From contig JAXLNO010000043.1 in NCBI GenBank assembly GCA_038087875.1, positions 124,001-188,000 on the forward strand: a DNA stretch of 64,000 bases. The letters are read 5' to 3'. Positions 22,732-37,700 of this stretch are shown piece by piece. How positions within the stretch are numbered: position 1 is the first letter of the stretch; each line of letters opens with the position of its first letter. The position numbers and the translations under genes were made by a program. The stretch comes from Malacoraja senta (lineage: Eukaryota). A model generated the notes under the pieces. The model saw nothing but the letters and a program-made list of their open reading frames with translations. It ran no database searches and was not told the DNA's origin.

Positions 22732-25700
22732 TCCCAAGTCTGCAGCGTTCACGACAGTCTATGCCGTGCGGCACGGGAAATCTATCTATGACTGTCGCAG
22801 AGACATTAAGGATGCCAAGAGGGAATTCCGGGCCAAGCTGGAGACCCGAGGCAATGAGACGGATACCCGCAGATTGTGGCAAGGCTTGCACGCTGGAACG
22901 GGCTACAAAGCGAAGGCGGGCAACATCGATGGCAACAATGGGTCCCTCCCCGAGGAACTGAATGCATTCTCCGCCCGCTTTGTACAGAATGTCTGGAGGA
23001 ATATTTCCCGCTCCATCAGTCTCGGGTTCACCTGTACCAACGGTTACTGTGGCAGGCTATCCTGAACGTGAATGTGTGGAGAGCTACAGGCTCGGATGCA
23101 GCCCCTGGACTCCTGTACACTCAGAACTGTGCGGCCAAATTCGGCAAAAAGCCACATCTACAAGTCTGCAGGTGACAACTCTGTGGTGGGCGGATCATGA
23201 ACACTGACGAGACGGAGCACAAGAGGAAGACGGGGAGCTTAGCAATATGGTTGGTGTCCGGAGATCACTCTCTCAATCAATGCCAACAACACGAAGGAGC
23301 TAGTTACTGTCTTCAGGAATCTTGATGGAGTACCCTGCCCCAATCTGCACCTATGGGGCCAAAGTGGAAATGGTCGACAACTTGAAATTCCATGGCATTA
23401 ATATTACCAAAGATCTGTCGGGCACCGACCATATTGAAGCGTCAGCCACAAAATCACATCAAAAGGGATCTGAGGAAATTCGGCATGTCACCAATGATTC
23501 ATACACACTTCAGGGGTCGGTGCTGGACCCATTGCTGTTTGTCATCTCTATCAAGGATTTGGATGGGAACGTATACATCATTAATAAGTTTGCCGATATC
23601 ACCATGGTTGGTAGTATTGTCGATAGCGAGAATGGTTGTTAAGAATGACAGCAGGACCTTGAGCAGTTGAGCAGGTGGGCTGAAGAGTTGTGTTGCAGTT
23701 TAATGCTGATAATTGTTAAGAGTTGCATTTTGGGAAGTCAAACCAGCGCAGGACTTACATAGTGGATTGTAGGAGTCAGGGCAGTGTTGTAGTGAAGAGG
23801 GATCCAACATTGCAGGTACACACTGTGGCTCCTTGAACGTGGCGTCACAAGTAGATAGGGTGGTCAAGAAGGCTTTTGGCAGATAGGCCATCATCAATCA
23901 GAATATTGTATATAGATGTAGGGAGGTCATATTACACGTGTACAAGACATTGGTGAGGCCTCATAGAGTGTTGAGTCCAGTTTTGGTCATCCTGTTAGTG
24001 GAAAGATAGTGTCAGGCTGGAAGGGGGTACATAAGAGATTTACTGGGATGTTGCCAGGACTTGAGTGGCTGAGCGAAAGGGAGAAGTTTAGGAGGCTAGG
24101 TCTTTATACATTGGAGCACAGGAGGACGTGTATACACGATCATGAGAGGAAAATATAGGGTAAATACACAAACTTTGAACCAGAGTAGGGGAATCGAGAA
24201 CAATGGGACATGGTTCAAGGCTCGGGTTGAGAGATTTAATAGAAACCTGAGCGGCCAATTGTTTAAACAAAGCATGGTAGGTGTGTGGATCGAGATGTCG
24301 TGGGAGGGGATGAGGCAGGTGCTATCGCACTGTATAAGAAACTTTTAGACAGGTACATAAACAGGTTAGGTTTAGAAGGATATTTGCCTAATATGGTAGA
24401 TGGGTCGAGCGTCGATGATACATCCTATCCCCTCTCGGCGCCTTCCCTTTGCACTTGTCCAACAATTAATTTGTCGTTATCAACCGTTAATCACCTTCAC
24501 TTATACATCAACATCGTCTCCAATCTTCAGCGTCTTATGTCTCCATCATAGTACGAACATTACCGCTCTGGACATGGTTGTTACTCACCGCAGATTATTA
24601 GGTTTGGTTACATTAGGTAAGGTCTATTACTGTCATGGGTACTGGGGTACGGTGGAAATCTTTGTTTTCCATGTTATTCAAAATGTTCAGATACATCATA
24701 TGTGGGTGCAAACACTTCAAACGTACAATACATAGAGCAAAGATGAAGACTTAGAATGTAGACTATAGTTCATGATATAGAATATCATGTTGAACATCGT
24801 TCTTGATTCTCATGAAAACCCTGATTTATCCGTAAATTTGTCAGAATGAACAACATCTGCGCAAACCGCATTGCGTAATTCCGATCTATCTTTGTCCTAA
24901 GAAACGGACATTCCCAGTTGTAGAATTCGAGCTTTGTGTAAAAACACAAGAGATTCATTCAAGCAGATGCAGAAATTGTTATTGAACTGTTCTGAAGTGC
25001 ACAGTTAGAGCGATAGATGATGCAATACTTATCTCACCTTTGAGACCTCCCACTAGCTTGGCGGAGTTGTAAACAATTAAGATGCGAGGCACATTAGGTT
25101 TCAGGTACAGGTTCAGGATTAGGATTATTATTGTGAAATATACCGCGGTACATTGAAAAAAACTGTGTTTGCATGTAAGCCAGGCAGAACAGAAGTCCGT
25201 GCATAGGTACAATCATTTCAAACTCACGTATAACAGATAGAGGAAAGGAGAAGATTCAGAGAGCAGAATACAGTTTCAGCGATGTAGCGTATCAGCTCCA
25301 GAGAAAAGTCCAATGTCATCAATTGGGAAATGTGAAATAAACAGCCTAATAGCTTCTAGATGACCCTTAAGAAGCCCGATAACGGACGAGAAGAAGCTAC
25401 TGGTGGTGCGCGCTTTCCCGCGTGTGTACTTACTGCCGACTGGAGCAGGCAGAAGAAGGAATGGTCGGGGTGAAACGGCTCATTGGTTGCATTGGCTGCA
25501 TTTCCAAGGCAGAGTAGAGTGTAGATTGTATCAGTGGTGAGAAGTCTGGTCTGTGTGACGGACAGGGCTATATCTACAAATCTCCCCAATTGCTTGTGTT
25601 CCTAGGCAGAGCTTTTCTCAAAACAAGCTGTTATGGAACCCTACATGATGCTTTCTGTGCTGCATCTACAGAAGTTTGGAACAGTCACTGGAGACATGAC

Positions 25701-28700
25701 GAGATTTCTCTGTCTCCTCGGGATATAAAGGCGTTAGTCTGCCTTCTGGATTGTTGCATCTATGTGGGTGATCCACGACAGACCTTTGATAGTATTAACA
25801 CCAAGGCAAAGCTGTCATCTATTTCCACTTCTGCAACATTGATGCTGATTGGGCATGTCCTGCACCATGTTTCCTGAAGTCAATAACTAGCTCCTTCGTC
25901 TTGCTGACATTGAAGGAAAGATTATTGTCCGGGCACCATGTATCTTAGTTCTCTATCATCCTCCTGTACACAATATTGCAATTATTCCTGATTTGACCAA
26001 CCACAGTGGGTTTGTGCGTAAACCTGTAGATATGATTGGAGCCAAATTTATCCGTACAGTCGAGAGTGTAAAGGGAGAATATTAGGGGCTGAGTCCTTGC
26101 AGGGCACCGATGTAGAGATTTATTCTGAAGGAGATGCTGTCCCCTCTCCTCATTGACTGAGGTCCGTGGGCATTGGAGCCTTGGAAGCAGTGACAGAAGG
26201 AGAGCAGATTCCGAGATCCCGTGGTTTGGAGATAACTGCCATCACTTACCCAGCTGACACAGGTACACACCGTCACACGCACAATGCCAAGCTCAAGTCT
26301 GTTTGGAATTCAATATCATAATTACAAACTGTTCTTGGTTTAATATTCATTTCCAACCAGGTCACATCAGTGTTCATTTCCCTATTTGCCACAGATATGT
26401 TCGCCCCAACCATGTTTGCGTTTCATAAATTGTCATCCTCATTTTGTGGGGTAGATAATACTGTAGATTCAAATATATCTGCGAGAATACATTACATCTG
26501 ACCTCATGTCACTCCAAGGTGAATTCTTATTCTGAACGATGATCATAACGTAATAATCCATATGCGGGCTGCAATTCCCTCAAATCTATCTTGCAAAGGC
26601 CTCGCAGAAGTCTCGATGTCGGGGTCAATACATTCACTTGTCATTCTTACCAACTGCGCAGAATGGATGAACTGGACAATTGTTCGCCCTTTGAGAGCCA
26701 CTTGATGCGACGGATACGTCTGGAATTCAGTCCCTGCCCGAGTCGAAGGTAAGTATCACTTCCCCTAAAAGAGGAAGTGCCAGGGCATAATATTTTGCAG
26801 ATTAAGTGCTCGTAGATGGAATTTAGTAATTGGACAGGAGCAAACAGACAGTTTTTCGGCCTATTTCTCTGCTGTGTGACTCAGTGACTATTGGTCCAGT
26901 ATATACACATGTCTCTACACGTGGTATCTTCGTCAGTAGGGTTCACCACTATTTCCTTGAATAGGCAACTCGACAGTTGTAATAGGTAGCTATGTTTGTT
27001 TATTTCTGTTGAGCAATAAATGTTGGGCAGCAACTGATTCTGCAGCAATGTTGAGATGCGCTGACTAGCCAGTTTACAGTCTAATCCAGAGTGCGGTGCA
27101 ACACCAATGTTTGCGGGCGTGTGCTTCGCGGAACAAGAACATGGCGTGCACTTGTTTCTACAAGATCGGAGCTTTGATAAGTCATTCATTTCTGACATCA
27201 AATCCGATGTCCTCTCAAGTCTGAATCTTCTGAGTTTAACATGTTTTCCTCTTGTATTTCAGATGCCAAGCATTAACGGCGGTGCACAATACAGTATTAG
27301 CATTTCACTGTGTTCTTTCTCCTCCTCCCAACCCCTCTTCGCATTTGTCGAACTATTCATTTGTGGTGAACAACGATTCTTTTCAGAATCAGAATCAGAA
27401 TCAGAATCAGAATCAGAATCAGATTTTATTCGACAAATATGTTTTGCAACATACGAGGAATTTTACTTCTCTTGTACAGCAAAACCGGGTGTGTCACGTG
27501 GACATTCTTTGTCCCCATCATATTACCAATAGACCCGCTCTGATCACAGTTATTACTTATCTCCAATCATTAGGTTTGCCTTGGGTTAGGCTATATTTAT
27601 TATTATTACATGCCGAGGTACAGTGAAACGCGCGGTTTTGCATGCTATCCACTCAGATGTGACCTACCATACATGGACAAAATCAATTCAAACTCGCGTC
27701 GGGATGATCGAAACTCCAGCGTCGGGATGATCGAAACTCCAGCGTCGGGACAAATCGGAATATTCGCGGCATGGAGCTCCCAACCCGGCCTCTTCTTACC
27801 GGAGACCGCGGCTAGACGATGTTGAAGTCCACAGTCCCCGCGGTCGGAGCACTTTCGCTGGCGATCCTCGGCAAAGGATCGCACGCTCCTCGATGGTAAG
27901 TCTACGCCGCGCCCGCGGCTCGAGGCTCCGGGCCGGGCTCCAGGAAATGCCGTGCCACTCCATGTTGTTAGACCGCAGGGGGGACGGAGATGCGACACGG
28001 AGAAAACTCGCATCTCCGTCGAGGTAAGTGACTGAAAAAAGATTCCCCTGATCCCCCCCCCCGCACCCCTACATAAAACATAGCAAGAAACATTGAAACA
28101 TACATTTAAGACATATTTAAAATAAAATAAAACAGTGAAAGGACGAGACAGACTGTTGGCGAGGAATCCATTACGATTGCCACCCGGTGGAGATACAGAA
28201 TCAAATAATATATTTGACGAAATAGAAGGCCATACCAATATTGTTATTATTTCCATCAAATCCTGAATGTATTTGTAAATATGAACATTTGTGTACAAAC
28301 CATGAGAATAATAGGTCGCGGAGACCCCTGCCCAGAATCGGCGAATCGAAAACCAGAGTATATGGATTTAAGGTAAGGGAGAAATATTTAATAGGAACAT
28401 GATGGATAAAACATTTAAAAAATGGGAGAGAGTCCATGCAACCAGCGGCCAGAGCAGACAGCTGCGGCACGTACTATCGCAACGTTTGAAATATTTGGAT
28501 AGGTACATGAATAGGGCAGGTTTAGAGTAACACGCGCCAAACGCACGCCTGGGGGACTCGTGTGGATGGGACATGTTTGTGGGTGCGGGCAAATGGGACG
28601 AAAGGCCAGTTTCCACACTGTATGATTCATTGACACCATGACTCTATATTATCTACCAGTATTGCATCATCCCGTTCTCCTTGGAAATGCACAGTGCATT

Positions 28701-30720
28701 TGTGGAATTCGACTTCTGTAAAAACACAAAACGAGCAATTTGTGCAAAATATATTCATTAACTGTGCCGAGGTGCACAACGATGGATGATGCATGCCTTC
28801 TACAAGCTATGAGACATCCAGCTGGGTTTGTGTTGTTGTAAATAGCTATGATACGCGGCGCATTATGTTTTAGCTTTAGGTTCAGGTTTATTATTTTTCC
28901 CAGTCTCCTCCTGAAGTAAAGGTGTAGGTGTGACTTCTTGAGTGTCGCATGAAAGTGATTGCTCCCCAACATATTGTTGATAAGATTAACGCCAAGCAAC
29001 ATGACCTCTCAACAATTTTCATTTCCGTTCCATCGATGCAGATTAGGGCATCAACTCCACCATCTTTCCCCAAGTTAATAGCCGGCTCCTTCGCCTTGCT
29101 GACATTGACGGAGATTTTAATGTCATGACACCAAGTCACTAAGTTCTCTATCTCCTTCTTGTACTCCGTATCGGCATTGTCCGTAACTCGGTCATGCCTT
29201 CCCCTATGCTTAAAGAATATAATTACTACCCCTTTCGTCTTGAAGACATTGAGCGGTCGGTTATTTTTCTGACGCAATGTCAGTAAGTTCAGTATCTCTT
29301 TCCTGAACTCTGTCTCCTCATTGTTCCTGATCCGGCCCATCACAGTGGTGTCGTCAGCAAACCTGTGGACGAAATGTGTAAAGAGAGTATCGTTGGGGAC
29401 TGAAAAATCATCCTTGTAGGGCGCCGGTCCCCCCCCCCCCAACCCCGAGTGTGGACACAGCTACACACGGCCACACACACAATGCCAATCTCAAGCCTGT
29501 TCAGACATTTAATATCATAATTATCAATCTTATCCTGGTCTCAAGTTCTATTCCATACCTGGTCACATTGGTCTTCAGTTCCCTATTGGCCACAAGTAGC
29601 TTCGCTCCAACCCTGTTTGCATTTAATAAATGGGCACCACTGTTGTTCTAGGGTAGAGGGTACTCGAGATTCAGATATATCCGAGAGAGTAAATTACATC
29701 ACATCTCAGTCACTCCAAAGTGAATTCATATTCTGATCATCTGATGCTAACGTAACCATCCATATACCCGTTGTTTAATGCTCTGAAGCTCCATCCTTTC
29801 GGGGCCTCGCAAACTCCCACATATCAGCGTCAATTACTGACTTGTTGTTCTCACCAACTGCACAGAGTAGAGGATCTCGTCAATTATTGGTCGTTTCACA
29901 TAAATCTCCACTTCTGACTCTACACCGCTTCAAAGGGAAGCATCACCTTCTTTAAGAGAGAGAGGACTAAGGCATAATACTCTGTGGACCAAGTGCTGGA
30001 AAATGCGATTCAGTTGTTGGATAGCATTAACACAGCACGACTGCACTACTCTTTCCTTGTGTGACCGAGCTGCAGGGAGAGGTGAGGAATTTATTCCCGG
30101 GAGCGAAGGAGACTGAGGGGTGATGATATGAAGGTGTATAAAATCATGAGAGGAATAGATAGGCTGAATGCAGGGCATTTTCCCCAGGATTGAGAATCAA
30201 AAGGCAGATTTCATAGGTTTAATGTGAGAGCAGCAAGATTTACAAGGAACCTGAAGGGAAGACTTGACACAAATAGAGAATGCTGGGTACATGCTTTGAA
30301 CTTGTGTTAAGATCATTCACTTCTGACATCATATATTTTTTCTGCCTGGACGGATGTTATCTGAGTCTTCTGACTATACTATGTTTTCCTCCTGTATTGC
30401 AGATGCACGGTCATTAATACGATCCACGATAAGGTATCAGGTGTTTTACTGAGTTATTCCCCCTGTGCCCACTTCACACCTTGTCTTCACATTTGTTCAC
30501 CCCCATTCAACACCTTCTCTTGTATATCAATACTGTTGGTGTTACATGGACAATCATAGTAGCCATCATCGTACGAGTATCCCTCTCTGATCATAGTTGG
30601 TACTTATGTCAGATCATTCGTTTAGCTGAGGTTAGGCTTGGTTATTATTGACAGATATTTCAAGGTACAGTGGAAAGCAGGGGATTGCACGCTATCCATT
30701 CAGTTCAGATATGCCATATA

Positions 30721-33700
30721 CTTTTACAAAATGGCGGCGGCGGAAGCAGATTCAAATGACAATGACTCCTTATAGCGAGTCGGCTTCAATTGCCGACTGC
30801 GGTAAATTTCCACCTCAGACGAGGCCTGGACCTACCACCCGACGAGGGACCACTGGAGGGTCGCTCCGATTGCGGTGGTCTGCGGCGTTTGGCCGTTTCT
30901 GGCCGTGGAACGATCTTCAGCTGGCAGCCGACGGCTGTCGCCCTGCGGCCTACACCGCTAGCCGCTAGAACCCTGCACGCTGCCCGGAGAGGACGCTGGC
31001 GTTGACTGTTCGCCGCTTCTCCGCCCGCCATTCCCCCCCTCTTTTGTAACCTGTCTGTTACCTGTCTGTGCACCATCGACGCTGGACACCTCCCTGCACC
31101 AGCGACGCTGGATCCTCTCTGCACCCGCACCGCTGGACAGCCTCTCTGCACCTGCGCCGCTGGACGGCCTCTGCACCTGCACTGCTGGACGCCTCGCTGC
31201 ACCTGCACTGCTGGACGGCCTCTTTGCTCCCTCACTGCTGGACACCTCGCAGCACCCGCTCTATTGGACGGCCTCTCTGCTCCCTCACCGCTGGATACTC
31301 ACTCCACCTGCACCGCTGGACGCCTCTCTGCACCCGCACCGCTGGACGGCCTCTCTGCGCCCTCGCTGCTGGACACCCCTTTTCGCCTTCTCTGTTGGAC
31401 ATCTCTCTGCGCCCTCACCGCTGGACAACCTCTCTGCTGCTTCCTGCAGTTGTTCTGGCTCCTCATCATGCTCAAATACTCGGCTCTTCGGCTGACTGAT
31501 CTCTTCAACAATTACATCCCAGCCTGCATCCCAGTCATTAACCAGTTTGGACTTCTGCGTCGACCCCGTTACATCAACAGAGGCTCTCGACGCAAGCTTG
31601 TTTGCTTCGGCCTGGACATTCCATTCGATCCATCTGCTCACTACCACGCTCTGCCCCCCCCTCACCCGCGTCACCCCCCATCCCAGCTGACCACATGCAC
31701 TGTCAACTGGGACTACCTCAGATCTCTCCAGCCTGCCCCCATCCCTCCACCCTCTGACAATGCCAACTTTGCCTTCCTCAACACCCGGTCGCTCAACAAC
31801 AAAGCCCTTGCCCTCCATGAACTAATCCTTGACAACACGCTTGACTTCCTTCTGCTCACTGAAACCTGGCAACAACCCAATGTCTTCTTCTCCCTCAATC
31901 AAGCATCCCCACCTGGATGTAATTACATCTCCAAATCCCGCCCCTCCCGCCATTGAGGTGGCCTCGCTGTTATTTTCAACCAGAACTTTCCGATCGCTGA
32001 ACTCCCCCTCCCCCCAGTAGCATCATTTGAATTCCTCACCTTCAAAGCCCTTTCCTCCATGACAGTCATCCTCATTTACCGGCCACCTAAACCAGACCCC
32101 TCCTTCCTATCTGACTTCACTGAACTCCTCACACTTGCCTCATCTCTCTCCCCACGTCTGCTGCTACTTGGTGACTTAAATATTCATATGGACTCCCCCA
32201 CCTGCAAGCTCGCATCTGAATTCGCTTTTTTACTTGACAACTTCTCTCTCACTCAGCACGTCACCTTTCCCACTCATGACAAAGGTCACATCCTTGACCT
32301 GGTCTGCTCCACAAATCAACCGGAACTCGACCTCCATCCATGCCTCTTCCCCCTCTCTGATCATAAGCTTATACGGTTCACCATCCCTTCTCCGACACCT
32401 CACCCCCGCTTCCTCCGTGAAATCACCTTCCGTAATCTAAAATCCATCGATCCCCACCATCTCTCTGACTTGCTCTCACCACTCTCCCCCTGGACTCAAC
32501 CCACATCTCACCTGATGATCTCACAAACCATCTCAACTCCACCTTGTCTACCTCCCTTAACACTCTGGCCCCCCTCAAAACAAGAACCGTAACTTTTAAC
32601 ACATCTTCACCCTGGTACACACCTGCACTTCTTAAGTTGAAACAGACTGGTCGCCGACTTGAACGACTCACAAAGAAACCATCTCTCACAGTCCACCATG
32701 AAGCTTACAAACTCCACCTCACTGCCTACAAAGATGCCCTCATTGCTGCAAAATCTGCCTACCTCTCCTCCATATTCAGATACCCTGCCTTAAAACAACA
32801 GAACCCTCTTCTCCACAGTGGGCAACCTCCTCAAGCCTCGAGCCAACACTCTCCCTACCTCTACACCGGATCTCTGCAACTCATTCCTCCACTTTGTCGC
32901 TGACAAAATCAGCACCATCTATCAATCTTTATCCCCTGTACCCGACTCCCCAGCATCTACTCCACCACCTACCAAGGCCCCTCCTTTCAACATCTCCACT
33001 GACCTCCTTACCCCTCCTCCACACTGCTTCCTCTCCCAGTTTGACCCGGTCACCCCAACTGAAATCTCCAAACTCATCAGCTCTTCAAAACCCACTACCT
33101 GCTCCCTTGACCCTCTCCCCACTCGCCTGCTGAAGTCCTGCCTCCCCGCTCTCTGCCCCTACCTCACTAATCTCTGCAACTCCTCATTGTCCCAAGGAAT
33201 TGTCCCCTCTGCTTTCAAAACTGCTGCTGTCACACCAATCTTAAAGAAACCTGGTCTTGATCCCTCCTCTCTCATTAACTACCGCCCAATCTCAAACTCC
33301 CCTTCTATCAAAAACCCTGGAGCGTATCTTCGCGTCACAACTTCATTCCCACCTCCTCGCGTATAACCTATTCGAACCCCTCCAATCTGGCTTTCGCCCC
33401 CTCCATAGCACATAAACTGCTCTCCTGAAAGTTCTCAACCACGTCCTCACCTCTGCTGACACTGGTTCCCTCAACATCCTCATCCTCCTCGACCTGAGTG
33501 CAGCCTTCGATACCGTGAACCTAACATCCTGCTTACCAGACTTAAAGACCTTGGCATTGAAGGTTCTGCACTCAGCTGGCTCCGTTCCTACCTTTCCAAC
33601 CGATCCCTCTTCCATCTCTCTCCCATAACCACACCTCTGCCACAGCCACTGTCACTCAAGGCGTTCCCCAAGGCTCCGTTCTCGGTCCCCTCCTCTTCAT

Positions 33701-34742
33701 CATCTACATCCTCCCCCTTGGTCATATACTCCGTCACTTCAACCTGGACTTCCATTGCTATGCTGATGACACCCAGATCTATCTCAGCACCAAGTCCCCC
33801 AATCACCCCCCTCTCTCCCATATCAACTCCTGCCTGTCAGCCATCAAATCTTGGATGCAACTCAACTTCCTTAAATTAAACAGTAACAAAACAGAATTTC
33901 TCCTCATTGGCTCCAAATCAACACTTACCAAAATTAACAAACCCACTCTCACTATTGACGGCACCACTGTCTCCCCATCTCCTCAGGCCCGCAACCTTGG
34001 CGTGATCTTTGACTCAACCTTCTCCCTTGAGCCTGACATCCGCCATGTTGTCAAAACATCATTTTTTCACCTCCGCAACATTGCCAAAATCAGACACTCT
34101 CTCACACCCCCCGCTGCTGAAAGACTCATCCATGCCTTCATCTCCTCCCGACTGGACTACTGTAACTCTCTTCTCTTTGGCATTAATTCCAGCAACATCA
34201 ACCGACTCCAACTGGTCCAGAATGCAGCCGCCCGACTCATCACCCACACCAAATCCTGGCACCACATCACCCCAGTTCTCAAAGAACTTCACTGGCTTCC
34301 CATTTCCCACCGGATCATCTACAAAATCCTGGTCCTCACCTACAAAGCCCTCAACTACTTGCCCCCCCCCTTATCTCACTGACCTCCTCTCCCCCTACCA
34401 ACCCTCACGGTCCCTCAGATCCATATCAGCCGGTCTCCTCTCCATTCCGAAATCCAACCTCTGCACATTTGGAGACAGAGCCTTCTCCAGGGCAGCTCCC
34501 ATGCTCTGGAACTCCCTCCCACAATTGATCCGAAATTCTGAGTCCCTCACCATCCTCCAGTCCCGCCTCAAGACCCATCTCTTCACCTCTGCATACCATT
34601 AGCCCCATGTCCCCCTCCGCTTTGCATCTCTGTCTTACTGCCCTTTTTTGTTCAATTTTATTTTGTTCTTGACTCTCCATGTAAAGCGACTTTGAGTTCT
34701 TGAAAAGCGGTATACAAATAAAATATATTATTATTATTATTA
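30721..34742 (+). mobile_element. L2-clade LINE (copy B), better-preserved 5' part; ORF probably starts MLKYSALRL at ~31468
   Basis: Same motifs as copy A; retains a ~65 bp segment (~31434-31500) missing from copy A. Confidence 0.9.
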
Positions 34743-37700
34743 TATACAGATGTATAGAAACATAGAAATATGTGCAGGAGTAGGCCATTCGGCCATTCAA
34801 GATGATCATCCAAAATCATTAACCCGTTCCGGCTTTTCTCCATATCCCCTGATTCCCTTAGCCGTAAGAGCTAAATCTAATTCTCTCTTAAACTACAACC
34901 GGTTGAAGCCCTGCAGATGGAGCGAGAAGGAAGATACAGAATGCCGAATATATTTAATTACTTAGAAGATCATGCTGAATATTGTTGGTTATTCCCATCA
35001 ACCCCTGAATTGTCCGTGTATTTGTGAGAATGAACAACATTTGCTCAAGCCACTTTGCATAAATCCGTTCGCCGTAAAACTGGACAAGTGCAGTTGGATA
35101 ATTTGAGTTTTGTAAAATCACAAAGCAACAAATGTTTGCAAAAATATGATTGAAGTTTGCAGAAGGTCTCGTCTGGAGCGGTGGATGATGCAATGAGACA
35201 TCCCGCTGGGATCGCGATGTTGTAAACAATTAAGAGGAGAGGCGTTCAAATATCAGCTTCAGTTTTAAGTTTATTGTTGCATGTCCCAAGCTAAAGTAAA
35301 AAGCTTTGTTTTGCGTGCAATCCAGACACACTAGATATACCATATATATACAGTATTAGTTACAACTCGAGCACATAGAGTAGTGGGTATACTGATTTAC
35401 ATAGAGAATGAGTTGACATATGAGGTATTTGCGGCATATATTAGGGCATCTTTCAAAGACAGCTGGACTGCTGCATGGATAGGAATGATTTATAGGGATG
35501 TGGGCGAAAGGTGGATAGGAGTGACTCGTGTAGATGGGGCATATTGGTCGGCATGGGCAAGCTGGGTAGAAAGTCCCATTACCATGTTGTAGGATTCGAT
35601 GATTCTATGAAAAAAGATAGAGCAACGTGGAAGATGCAGAATACAGAATATAGTTGGCAGCATTGGTGTGTATTTTCGTGCATCAGTTACTTAGACAATT
35701 TTCAATATCCGCAATGCGGTAGAAGCGAATTGAACTGTACACTCATCTACAGAGGGACAGTTCAGAAGCCTCATAATGGAGAAAATAAGCTAATGCTTAA
35801 TCCGTTGGTGCTCGCTCTCAAGCTTCTGTTCCTTCTTCAGGTCTTGGGTAGGGGAAAGCAAAACTGACCGGGTCTTAACAAGTCTTTGATTACGTTGGGG
35901 CAAATACGAATCGAACAGTATCCTGGCATAAGGAGGGATCGGGCAGAAGCTCGATAACGATGGAAATAAGCCATTCCGCTGTGATGTGCGCTTTCAACCT
36001 TCTGTACATTCTGGTAGATAAGAGAACAGGCAAGAAGAACTGACCCGATTTAGACATCTTTGATGATGTTGGGTCATTTTTTCCCGAAGAAGCGTGAAGT
36101 GTAGATGGAGACAATGGTGTGACGTCAGGTCTACATGATGGATTGGGTTACATTTACAACTCTCTCCAAATTCTCCCGGTCTTGTCAGATCTGTATCCAA
36201 ACCACAATGTAATCCAACCGAATAATATGCTTTCTATACACCATCTCTAGAAGTTGTATACGAATCACTGTAGACATGCCAATTGTCCCAGTCTCCTAAT
36301 AATGTAGAGTCGATGGTGTGCCTTCGTGGGTTACACATCAATGTGCCATTGATGCAGATTAGGGCAAATATTCTACATTGCTTCCTGAGGTCAAAAACTA
36401 TCTGCTTGGGCTTGCTGAAAGAGGGGTCATTGTCATGACAACGTGTCAATAAGCTCACTATCTCCTTCTTGTACTCCGCTCCGCCATTGCCCGTCATTCG
36501 ACCATTCAGTAGAGCTACTACTCGTGGAAGCGACCGGGTAAGATCATCTCTGACCCCTCTTACCCTGGCCACAATCTCTTTGAACCACTTCCCTCTGGAA
36601 GGAGACTCCGGACTGTCAAAGCTGTCACAGCCAGGCATAAAAACAGGTTTTTCCACGAGTAGTAGTTCTACTCAATAACCAAAAATCTGTAGCCTCCTTT
36701 TGCTCTGCTATTTTATTTAATTCACATGGTTAAACTATAATATTTTATTATTAATGTTCAATGCTTTATGTGCCATTCCTAACTGTCACTGCATGTAGTT
36801 GTCACATGCGGGCGGAGCACCAAGGCAAATTCCTGGTATGTGAATACTTGGCCAATAAAGTTATTCATTCATTCATTCATTCACAATGATATCTTCTGCA
36901 AATTCATAGCCAATGCTTAATGTGGCCGTACGGTCGCGAGTGTAAAGTTGGTGCAGTTGCGAACTGAGAACGGATCCTTGCGATGCTACAGTCTTCGAAG
37001 TTATTGTTGAGGAGGTGTCACTTATCCTTATTAATTATGTGCTGTCGGAGCTAAAATTGAGCATCCGGTGATAGAGCGGGGAGGCGATCCCTCGGTCCAG
37101 GAGTTTGGAATATATCATCTTCCAACCTGCACAGAGTGGAGGATCTCCTCAATTGTTGTTCCTTTGACAGCCTCTTCCACCGCAGATAAATATTGACTCC
37201 ATCTCTGCACCGAAAGTAAGTGGTTGCGCCGGAAAATATGACAGACGTTCAAAGACAATTAGACTGCCTCATGAATAGGAACGATGTAGAGTAATGTGGC
37301 CGAAAGGTGGGTGTGAGTGACTGGTGCAGAAGGGCACATTGGTCCGCCTGGGCAAGATGGGGTGAAAGTCCCGTTACCATGCCGTAGGACTCGATGACTC
37401 TATAACAATAGATAGACCAATGTGGAAGATACAGAGTGCACAATATAGTTCGCAGGATTGCAGTGCATCAGCTACTGAGACAATGTCTTATATCCGCAAT
37501 GGGGGAGAAGCGAATTGAAGAGTACACTAGTCCAAGGAGGGACCGTTTAGAAACCTGTTAACGGAGGGAAATGAGTTATTCCTTAATCCGGTGGTGCTCA
37601 CTTTCAAACTTCTGTACGTTGTGCGGGACTTCAGTCGGGAAAGAAGAACTGACCGGTCTGGATAGGTCTGCTTACGTTCGGTGTTTTTTTTCTTTGCAGC